15,697 nt of DNA, taken from positions 1-15,697 of the forward strand of contig JAYWEM010000182.1 of the NCBI GenBank assembly GCA_043779265.1, given 5' to 3'. The DNA is from a bacterium (GTDB lineage Bacteria; Eisenbacteria; RBG-16-71-46). Below the pieces are notes generated by a model that searched no databases, was not told where the DNA came from, and saw only the letters and a program-made list of their open reading frames with translations. Made by a program: the position numbers and the translations under genes. This document shows, piece by piece, positions 1-6,301 of the stretch; the stretch's first letter is position 1; each line of letters opens with the position of its first letter.

Positions 1-198
1 ACGCTGGCGAGTCAGGCGCGCGGCAGCCTCGAGGTGCTCGACCTGGCGGGCCGCCGCGTGCTGCTGCGCGACGTGAGCGGGCTCGGGCCCGGTCGGCACG
101 CGGTGCGGCTGGAGGGGCGCCCGGCGCCGGGGATGTACGTGCTGCGGCTGCGGCACGGGACCGAGGTGCGCGTGGCGCGCGGGGTGGCGGTGGAGTGA
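1..198 (+). CDS. 3' end (partial) of a secreted protein with a T9SS type-A sorting-like / FlgD-Ig-like C-terminal domain
   Basis: Frame 1 read by hand: TLASQARGSLEVLDLAGRRVLLRDVSGLGPGRHAVRLEGRPAPGMYVLRLRHGTEVRVARGVAVE*, with TGA at 196-198. LEVLDLAGRRV...PAPGMYVLRL is the typical CTD signature and resembles the C-terminus of 6302..9214. It is absent from the ORF track because the start lies outside the window. Confidence 0.85.
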   Translation, partial: TLASQARGSLEVLDLAGRRVLLRDVSGLGPGRHAVRLEGRPAPGMYVLRLRHGTEVRVARGVAVE

Positions 199-226
199 GG
201 GGTCCCCGCACGACGAGCGACCCACC

Positions 227-256
227 TCAATGAGCGGCTCCGCCCTGCCGATGACC
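227..256 (+). promoter_or_regulatory. putative sigma28 (FliA/SigD/WhiG)-type promoter for the GIDE-GIDE-lemA operon
   Basis: TCAA(227-230)-N16-GCCGATGA(247-254), compared with the consensus TAAA-N15-GCCGATAA. The ATG at 264 is 9 nt downstream and has no Shine-Dalgarno. The same arrangement occurs at 13730-13759. Confidence 0.5.
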
Positions 257-263
257 ATGGCGT

Positions 264-1085
264 ATGGACGCTCTCCTCCATCTGCCGGTCACTGCGGTCG
301 GTCTGCTGGTGGCGACTGCGGCTGTGATCGTCGGCGGCCCGCTGTTCGCTGCCGGTCTCGCGGCCGTGCGTTGCCGTCGCGCCGCGCATTCGCTCGAGGC
401 GGCACCGCTCGGTGCGATGCTCGCCGGTCCCGTGCTCGTGCACGGGCGGATCCAGCTCGAGAGCCCGCTCTTCGCTCCGCTCTCCCAGCGTGCCTGCGCG
501 GGCTTCGTGCTCGAGGTGGCGGCTCCGGGAGCCCCCATCGGCGGACGCATCGAGGAACGCCGGGCCTTCCGGCTCATCGGCGATGGCGTCGAGGCGCACG
601 TCGCGGCCGAGGAGGCTGCTTGGGCGCCCGAGGTCACGGCTGAACGCGAAGTCGCGGCGGACGAGGTCCTGCCCTCGCGACTCGAACAGTTGATCGAGAG
701 CGTTCCCGAGGCGAGATGGCTGCGTGCACGCGGATCCATGCGGATCGTCGAGCGCGCACTGCTGCCGTCGGCCCAGGTGTGGGTGGCCGGTGTCGTGCGC
801 CGAGCGAGGCCCGCGGAGTCCGCGGTCGAGCGCGTCCTCGCCGCGACCGGAACGGACGATGCGACCGCGTTCCTGATCGAGGCCTCGGGTCAGCAGGAAC
901 CCGAACTCTGGATCGAAGCAGGCGACGCGATGCCCATTCGAGTCTTCGGCCGCTCGCCCGACCTGCGCGCCATGGCGCCGCCCTCGTGGCAGGTGGTGCT
1001 GGTCGTGCTGGGCCCGGTTCTCAGCCTTCTCGGGCTGATCCACATCGCGCAAGCGCTGGATCGCTCCATCGGCGGGCGGTTCTAG
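264..1085 (+). CDS. two-TM membrane protein, divergent GIDE/BAM-domain paralogue (273 aa)
   Basis: N-terminal and C-terminal hydrophobic helices flank a soluble beta-rich region. It aligns by eye with the next gene: GPVLVHGRI/GLVELNGRI, LFAPLSQRAC/VTAPFSGQPV, AFRLIGD/PFYLRDE, MRIVERALLPSAQVWVAG/MRFRERILAEGQGVYVLG, LAATGTD/LEATGTD. Confidence 0.7.
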   Translation: MDALLHLPVTAVGLLVATAAVIVGGPLFAAGLAAVRCRRAAHSLEAAPLGAMLAGPVLVHGRIQLESPLFAPLSQRACAGFVLEVAAPGAPIGGRIEERRAFRLIGDGVEAHVAAEEAAWAPEVTAEREVAADEVLPSRLEQLIESVPEARWLRARGSMRIVERALLPSAQVWVAGVVRRARPAESAVERVLAATGTDDATAFLIEASGQQEPELWIEAGDAMPIRVFGRSPDLRAMAPPSWQVVLVVLGPVLSLLGLIHIAQALDRSIGGRF

Positions 1086-1087
1086 TC

Positions 1088-1915
1088 ATGGGCCTCCAGG
1101 CATCGCTCCTCGCCTCCTCCGCAGCGATCGGTGGACCCGCGCTGTTCTTCTACGGGTTCCGCCAACTGCGCATCCGTCAGTTGATCGAGCACACGCCGAC
1201 CGCGCGCATCCGCTCGATGGCGATGGGCCTGGTCGAGTTGAACGGTCGGATCGAATCACGCAGCCGGGTCACGGCGCCCTTCTCGGGCCAGCCCGTGGCG
1301 TACTGGGAGATCGAGGTCCAGACGCTGCGCGCCTCACGCAAGGGGCAGCGCAGTTGGTCGACGGTCCACCGCGCGCACTCGGGCAGCCCGTTCTATCTGC
1401 GCGATGAGACCGGCGTGGCGCTGGTGTTCCCCGATGGAGCGGACGTCCGCATGTCCTTCGGCATCGAGGAACAGACGAATGGTCTCGGCGTGCCCTCGAT
1501 GTACATGGACTACATGAAGCAGGCCGGACTCGGCATGCGTGCCGTGTGGGCGGTCGGTCCGATGCGGTTCCGCGAGCGCATCCTCGCCGAAGGGCAGGGC
1601 GTCTACGTGCTCGGCCGTGCGCATCCCAAGCCGATGGCGCACAGCGTCAGCGAGATCCAGGACGACGAGCTCGAGGCGACCGGCACCGATGCCTGGTCCT
1701 CGAGACGGCTCACCCAGGTGGATGGGCAAGTGCAGGGCGTGGTGCGCCGCTCGCAGGGCGACGCCTGCTACCTGATCAGCCCGCGGTCGGAGAAGGCGAT
1801 GTCGGCCGAGTACGCCATCAAGGCGTTCGGCGGAGTGGTCGGCGGACCTCTCGTGACCCTGTTCGGAGTGTGGTGCCTGCTCGAGTTGGCCAAAGCAGGT
1901 CAGTTGTTCCGTTGA
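1088..1915 (+). CDS. GIDE/BAM-domain two-TM membrane protein (MUL1/MAPL N-terminal-domain-like, no RING), 275 aa
   Basis: ATG 1088 lies 2 nt after the upstream stop; the ORF-track start at 716 overlaps the previous gene. Family-typical motifs: LIEHTPTARIRSMAMGLVELNG, APFSGQPVAYW, PFYLRDETG, RFRERILAEGQGVYVLG, YLISPRSE, then a C-terminal TM helix. Confidence 0.85.
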   Translation: MGLQASLLASSAAIGGPALFFYGFRQLRIRQLIEHTPTARIRSMAMGLVELNGRIESRSRVTAPFSGQPVAYWEIEVQTLRASRKGQRSWSTVHRAHSGSPFYLRDETGVALVFPDGADVRMSFGIEEQTNGLGVPSMYMDYMKQAGLGMRAVWAVGPMRFRERILAEGQGVYVLGRAHPKPMAHSVSEIQDDELEATGTDAWSSRRLTQVDGQVQGVVRRSQGDACYLISPRSEKAMSAEYAIKAFGGVVGGPLVTLFGVWCLLELAKAGQLFR

Positions 1916-1921
1916 CGTCGG

Positions 1922-1938
1922 ACCGGCCGCCGGCCGGT
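1922..1938. repeat. 17-bp palindrome between the GIDE gene and lemA
   Basis: ACCGGCCG-C-CGGCCGGT with perfect 8-bp arms and no U-tract. Could be an mRNA-stabilising hairpin or an operator. Confidence 0.4.
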
Positions 1939-1966
1939 GCAGTTCCCTCGCACGTGGAGGCAAGTG

Positions 1967-2545
1967 ATGCATCCCGGAGAGATCCTTTGGACCGTGGTGA
2001 TCGGGTTCCTGCTGGTCGGGAGCGTCGGTTACTTCCTCACCATCTACAACGGCCTGATCGAGATGAAGAACCACATCGGCCGTGCGTGGGCGAACATCGA
2101 CGTGCTACTCAAGCAGCGCCACGATGAGCTGCCCAAACTCGTGCGCGTCTGCGAGGCGTACATGCAGCACGAGCGCGCCGTGTTCGACAAGCTCTCCGAG
2201 GCGCGTGCCGCTCTCGCGGGTGCTCGTTCGGTGGGCCAGCGCGCGCAGGCCGAGAACCAGCTCACCCAGGCGCTGGGTGGCTTCTTCGCTGTCGCGGAGA
2301 ACTACCCGGAGCTGAAGGCGAACCAGTCGTTCGCCTCGCTGCAGCAGCGCATCAGCGAGCTGGAGAACGCCATCGCGGATCGTCGCGAGTTCTACAACGA
2401 CTGCGTGACGCTGTTCAACACCCGCATCGAGCAGATCCCTGATCTGTGGGTGGCGCAGGGCATGGCGCTGCAGCCGGCGGAGTTGTTCAAGGTGTCGGAT
2501 GCCGAACGCCAGGATATCGACATCCAGTTCAAGATGAGCGCCTGA
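1967..2545 (+). CDS. lemA: LemA family protein (192 aa)
   Basis: GGAGG at 1956-1960, 6 nt before ATG 1967. N-terminal TM helix followed by the LemA motifs YNGLI, AWANIDVLLKQRHDELPKLV, AVAENYPELKANQSF, LENAIADRREFYN, FNTRIEQIP. Confidence 0.96.
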   Translation: MHPGEILWTVVIGFLLVGSVGYFLTIYNGLIEMKNHIGRAWANIDVLLKQRHDELPKLVRVCEAYMQHERAVFDKLSEARAALAGARSVGQRAQAENQLTQALGGFFAVAENYPELKANQSFASLQQRISELENAIADRREFYNDCVTLFNTRIEQIPDLWVAQGMALQPAELFKVSDAERQDIDIQFKMSA

Positions 2546-2567
2546 AGCCGCATCCATCGTCGGACCG

Positions 2568-2597
2568 GAGCCCCGTCGCCTCGCGCGATGGGGGCTC
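2568..2597 (+). terminator. putative terminator hairpin after lemA
   Basis: GAGCCCCGTCGC-loop-GCGATGGGGGCTC stem with one bulge and one G:U pair, 22 nt after the stop. The following U-tract is weak. Confidence 0.5.
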
Positions 2598-2610
2598 TTC
2601 CGTTGCGGGT

Positions 2611-2639
2611 TTGCCGCCACCGGTCGCGGGCAGTAGCGT
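2611..2639 (+). promoter_or_regulatory. putative sigma70-type promoter for the Gfo/Idh/MocA pair
   Basis: TTGCCG(2611-2616)-N17-TAGCGT(2634-2639), 15 nt before ATG 2655. Confidence 0.5.
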
Positions 2640-2654
2640 GCCGCGCCACCCCCC

Positions 2655-3713
2655 ATGCGATCCCACGAACCACCCGCCGACCACGCAACACCCTCCGAGA
2701 CGAGCGCGCGTTGGCGCATCGCCGTCTCCGGGCTCGGCCGTGCCGGTGTGGGTTATGCGATGGCCATCGCCGGGCACCCCGGCTGCGAGTTGGCGGGGCT
2801 GATCGACTCGCGCGGCGACCGTCGCGCCTTCATGAAGGGGGCCGGCTTCAAGGCGCCGCTCGAGTCCTCGCTCGGCGCACTCGTCGCCAAGTCGGCGCCG
2901 CACGCGATCGTGCTCTGTGGTTCGGGATCATCGCGCGCCGCAGATGTGACGGCGGCGATCGCTGCCGGCATCTCCGTGCTTGCCGACGGCCGGCTCGCGG
3001 ACCGCACCGCCGAGGCGGATGCGCTCGAGGGCGAGATCGCGCGGGCGCGGGCTCTGGTCACGTGCGGCTCCGCCGTGCTTCTCCACCCGCTCTTCCGTAG
3101 GGCTGGTACCTGGCTCGCGGATGGCGCTCTGGGTCCACTCGTGCGCGTGCAGACCTCGGCGTATGTGTCGCGCGTGTTCTCAGCGGCGTCGCGACCCACC
3201 GATCGCGATGTGCTCGATCCGATGGCGGACGATGCGCTGATGTTGTTGGATCGATTCGTCGGGCCCGCGACGGCCGGAGCCGTGCGGGCGCAGGCGCTGT
3301 ACGGAACCGGCCCCGACGAGCTGCACGCCGAGCTGTTCCTCGCCCATGGTGCGACGGGGTCGCTCGATCTGTCGTGGTGCGTGCCCGGCTATCCCCGCCC
3401 GGCGATCGTGGTCGAGGCGGAGGGAAGCCGAGGGCGGTTGCTCGCCTCGGATGATGCGATCGAGTTGAGCCTGACTGAGCCGTTCGGGCAGTTGGGAGTG
3501 GGCGAGCATCGCGTGGTCGACGAGGGCGGCCCGCCTCGCGCGCCCTTCGAAGCCGGCGAACCCTCCGCCGTGTTGGCCCGATTCGTCGACGCGTTGAACG
3601 GTGATGCCGCTGCGATGGCGGAACTCGACCCGCAGCGCGCGCTTCGCGTGACGCGGCTGCGTGAGGCCATCCGGGCGGCGACGCCGCTGGTGGCCGCTCG
3701 AGCGACGCCATGA
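2655..3713 (+). CDS. Gfo/Idh/MocA-family oxidoreductase-like protein with degenerate catalytic motifs (352 aa)
   Basis: Rossmann start WRIAVSGLGRAG and family layout (AAIAAGISVL, LADGALGPLVRV, GSLDLSW, IVVEAEGSRGRL, ALRVTRLREAI). The canonical EKP is replaced by DGR. Confidence 0.85.
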   Translation: MRSHEPPADHATPSETSARWRIAVSGLGRAGVGYAMAIAGHPGCELAGLIDSRGDRRAFMKGAGFKAPLESSLGALVAKSAPHAIVLCGSGSSRAADVTAAIAAGISVLADGRLADRTAEADALEGEIARARALVTCGSAVLLHPLFRRAGTWLADGALGPLVRVQTSAYVSRVFSAASRPTDRDVLDPMADDALMLLDRFVGPATAGAVRAQALYGTGPDELHAELFLAHGATGSLDLSWCVPGYPRPAIVVEAEGSRGRLLASDDAIELSLTEPFGQLGVGEHRVVDEGGPPRAPFEAGEPSAVLARFVDALNGDAAAMAELDPQRALRVTRLREAIRAATPLVAARATP

Positions 3714-4585
3714 GCGGGCGTGTTCCTCGCCTGGTGCTCTCGATCCTCTCGCTCGACTTGCCGGTGCGCGCGAGCCGCGACCGTCTGCTGGAGATGACCG
3801 GTCGCTTCCGCGAGTCCGAGTCCCTCGCCGTCGGCCTCGTGAAGGCACTCGATGCCGGGGCGGAGGCGGTGTGCGCCGTGCCATCGGCGCCGATGCGCGG
3901 AGCGCTCGCGGCGCTCAAGAAGCCGCTGCCCGTGCTGGCGCGACTCCCGCTCACGCCGCCTGCGCTCGATCTGCGCGACGATCACTGGTTGCTGCGCGAG
4001 CCGCGCGAGCGCAGCGAGGGACGTTTCCCGTTCGAGGGTGCGGCTGCGCGCGTCGCCATGCTGCCCGCCGCGCTCACCGGGGATCTCTCGGCTCGTGTCG
4101 CCGATCGCATCGATCATGAGGCGGGCGCCTGGCCGTCTCGTTCGCGTGCGGGGCTGCTGTTGTGCGCGCCGATCACCGATCTTGTGCTCGCAGCGGGCAA
4201 CGCCAAGGGGCTCGAACGGCTCCTGCGCTACGGGCGCTCGCGCTTCGGGATCATGGGTTTCGAGACGCGCAATCCCGGTTGGCTGCTGGCGCGGCTCTAC
4301 GATTGGGGGATCGAGCCCGACTTCGTGATGGCGCCGATCGACCCGTTCGGAACGTCGATGACGCCCGATGCGCCTTTCACGCTGGCGCAACTGTCGCGGG
4401 CGGGACAGCGTGTGATCGCGAGCGAAGTGCGGGGCGGAGGGGTCACTGCGCTCGATGAGGGAGCGCGCTTCGCGCTCGATCGCGGCGCCTGGGGACTCTC
4501 GGCGGATCTGGTCGAGATGTCCGATCTCTCGGGCGAGTTGCGCTCCCTCGCGCGACTCCTCGCGGAACGGGGAGCCGGCGCCTAG
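3710..4585 (+). CDS. hypothetical protein, probable alpha/beta (TIM-barrel-like) fold, translationally coupled to the Gfo/Idh/MocA gene (291 aa)
   Basis: ATGA start/stop overlap at 3710-3713 and a normal coding-like composition. Alternating strand/helix pattern (GIMGFETRNP, PDFVMAPIDPFG, RVIASEVRGGG). The fold is an inference. Confidence 0.7.
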   Translation: MSGRVPRLVLSILSLDLPVRASRDRLLEMTGRFRESESLAVGLVKALDAGAEAVCAVPSAPMRGALAALKKPLPVLARLPLTPPALDLRDDHWLLREPRERSEGRFPFEGAAARVAMLPAALTGDLSARVADRIDHEAGAWPSRSRAGLLLCAPITDLVLAAGNAKGLERLLRYGRSRFGIMGFETRNPGWLLARLYDWGIEPDFVMAPIDPFGTSMTPDAPFTLAQLSRAGQRVIASEVRGGGVTALDEGARFALDRGAWGLSADLVEMSDLSGELRSLARLLAERGAGA

Positions 4586-4767
4586 AGGCTCTGCGTCCAG
4601 TCGTGCACGGTCTTGACGACGGTCAGGTCGGCGCGCCGCAGGCTCTCGGCGAACACGGCGCTGTTCGGCCACTGGTGCTTGCCGCACTCACAGGCGAGAC
4701 GGCCGTTCGGCTGCTCGACGACCTGGCACGGACGCTTGGCGTCGTTGCACAGCGGGCACTTGGACAT
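4582..4767 (-). CDS. small Cys-rich, putative zinc-binding protein (61 aa)
   Basis: MSKCPLCNDAKRPCQVVEQPNGRLACECGKHQWP...; pattern CxxC-x18-CxCxxH. SD-like GAGAGGGG 4 nt before ATG 4767. The ORF-track start at 4848 is probably too long. Confidence 0.8.
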   Translation of the reverse strand: MSKCPLCNDAKRPCQVVEQPNGRLACECGKHQWPNSAVFAESLRRADLTVVKTVHDWTQSL

Positions 4768-4799
4768 GGAGCCCCTCTCTTGGGTGGTGGACCGCGGGG

Positions 4800-4805
4800 A
4801 GTCTA
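4800..4805 (-). promoter_or_regulatory. putative -10 element (TAGACT) for the small Cys-rich gene
   Basis: The minus strand reads TAGACT 32 nt upstream of the ATG. The -35 candidate ATGCCG at 17 nt spacing is weak. Confidence 0.4.
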
Positions 4806-4857
4806 GTCGAGTTCGCCCCATCCGGCATCCGGGCTCGAGCAGCCACACGCGAGGTGT

Positions 4858-6183
4858 TCACTCGGCCGGCAGGCCGACCGAGGCGCGAAGCTCGGGCGTC
4901 ACGGCATTGGCCCGCGCCAGCTTGGCCAGCACCTCGGCGCTGCCGCGGCGCGTACGAGGCCGCTGCTCATCGTCGAAGTCCACGGCGTAGAGGCCGAAGC
5001 GGCCGTGATAGCCGTCCGACCACTCGAAGTTGTCGAGCAGCGACCAGTGCAGGTAGCCGAGCACATCGGCCCCGGCGGCGATCGCGCGATGCATGGCGGT
5101 CGCGAACTCGACGATCGCCTTGGGACGCAGCGTGTCGTTCGCGTCGGCGAGACCGTTCTCGGTCACCAGAATCGGGCGGCCGAGTCGCGAGGCGGCCAGC
5201 AACGCCTGCTCGAATCCGTCCGGGTGGACCTCCCAATCGAGGTCGTTCACCGTCGAGCCCGGTCGCGCGACGTGCGAGGGGTCGGCGAACGCCTTCACCA
5301 TCCAGCGCGTGTAGTAGTTGAGTCCGTACCAGTCCATCGCGCCCTTGAGTTCGGGCAGCTCGCGCCGGACGCCCTTGGCGCCGGGGATCGAGAGGTCGAT
5401 CACGCCATCGACGGCGGCACGCTCGACGGCCTCGTTGAACACGCGCCGCTCGAAGAACGCCACGAGCTGGTCGAGTGGGTGCCATGGGCGCAGCGGTTCG
5501 AGCTGCGGGCGGTGCTTGGCGAAGCCGGCGCGCACCGCGTGCCCGTCGCCGTCGGCATCCCAGCGATCCTCCGCATGGAGCACGCGATAGGCACGGCCAT
5601 GCGCCTCCAGTTGGTTCGCGATGACCGAGAGCGCGCGCGAGTCATCCCGCACGCGTGGCGGCCAGACGCCTTCCGACCAGCCGCGGAAGGCGAACACCTC
5701 GGGCTCGTTCACCGTGCACCACCAATCCACCTCGCCACCGAACTCGCGGGCGCAGAAGCGGACGAAGGACTCGAATCGATCCACGATCCGGCGATCCTCC
5801 CAGCCGCCCTCGTCGTCGATCCACAGGGGATTCGTGAAGTGATGCAGGGTCACGATCGGCGTCAGGCCATGCGCCTTCAGCGAGGCGAGCACGGCGTGGT
5901 AGTGCGCGATCGCAGCGGCATCGAATCGCCCGGGCGCTGTCTCGAGTCGGCTCCACTCGAAGGACAGTCGATGGGCGTTGTGGCCGTCGGCGGCCGCGAG
6001 CGCGAAGTCCGAGTCGAAGCGTTCGAAGTGACGGCAGGCTGCACCGCTCGTGTCGCCGCCTCGGATGGCGCCAGGGACCTGCTCGAATCGCCACCAGTCA
6101 TTGGCCGAGTTGTGCCCTTCGACTTGATGCGCCGATGTGGCTGCGCCCCACAGGAACGACTGGGGGAATCGGAGGATGGCCAT
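4858..6183 (-). CDS. glycoside hydrolase family 1 (beta-glucosidase/beta-glycosidase), 441 aa, no signal peptide
   Basis: Starts MAILRFPQSFLWGAATSAHQVEG. Contains RLSFEWSR, TLHHFTNP, acid/base TVNEP, GLNYY, nucleophile VTENG and WSLLDNFEW...RFGL. The ORF-track extension to 6843 overlaps the next gene and is spurious. Confidence 0.96.
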   Translation of the reverse strand: MAILRFPQSFLWGAATSAHQVEGHNSANDWWRFEQVPGAIRGGDTSGAACRHFERFDSDFALAAADGHNAHRLSFEWSRLETAPGRFDAAAIAHYHAVLASLKAHGLTPIVTLHHFTNPLWIDDEGGWEDRRIVDRFESFVRFCAREFGGEVDWWCTVNEPEVFAFRGWSEGVWPPRVRDDSRALSVIANQLEAHGRAYRVLHAEDRWDADGDGHAVRAGFAKHRPQLEPLRPWHPLDQLVAFFERRVFNEAVERAAVDGVIDLSIPGAKGVRRELPELKGAMDWYGLNYYTRWMVKAFADPSHVARPGSTVNDLDWEVHPDGFEQALLAASRLGRPILVTENGLADANDTLRPKAIVEFATAMHRAIAAGADVLGYLHWSLLDNFEWSDGYHGRFGLYAVDFDDEQRPRTRRGSAEVLAKLARANAVTPELRASVGLPAE

Positions 6184-6190
6184 GGGCGCG

Positions 6191-6200
6191 ACGCTAGCGT
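6191..6200 (-). promoter_or_regulatory. putative -10 element of a leaderless GH1 transcript, inside the palindrome ACGCTAGCGT
   Basis: Minus-strand TAGCGT (6196-6191) lies 7 nt before ATG 6183, with no SD. Confidence 0.55.
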
Positions 6201-6235
6201 GCGCCTCGCGGCAGCGCCAGCCCACCGCATGTGAC

Positions 6236-6297
6236 CGCGCCACCCGGCATGGGGTCTCTCCGGGTGGCGCGTCGAAGCAGCGGTCTGCCTCCGCTGC
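6236..6297 (-). terminator. tandem hairpins immediately downstream of the 970-aa gene
   Basis: GCAGCGG(6277-6283)/CCGCTGC(6291-6297) forms a 7-bp stem. CGCGCCACCCGG(6236-6247)/CCGGGTGGCGCG(6260-6271) forms a perfect 12-bp stem. No U-tract. Confidence 0.55.
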
Positions 6298-6301
6298 GAC
6301 G

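Noticed and set aside
716..1087. N-terminal extension of the 399-aa ORF
   Set aside because: It overlaps 264..1085 in another frame and is low-complexity and Arg-rich. The real protein plausibly starts at ATG 1088.
264..1915. Calling the GIDE proteins E3 ubiquitin ligases or a bacterial ubiquitination system
   Set aside because: Neither has a RING domain, and there are no E1, E2, ubiquitin-like or JAB genes in the window. The nearby Cys-rich microprotein does not have RING spacing.
1916..2568. 11-bp direct repeat CGTCGGACCGG flanking lemA (1916-1926, 2558-2568), suggesting a target-site duplication
   Set aside because: A third copy lies inside a coding region (13624-13634), the word is GC-rich, and there is no transposase or integrase. 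Probably chance.
529..2597. 12-bp inverted match GAGCCCCCATCG (529-540) / CGATGGGGGCTC (2586-2597)
   Set aside because: One copy is within a CDS and the other is explained by the local terminator stem. There is no evidence of an invertible or mobile segment.
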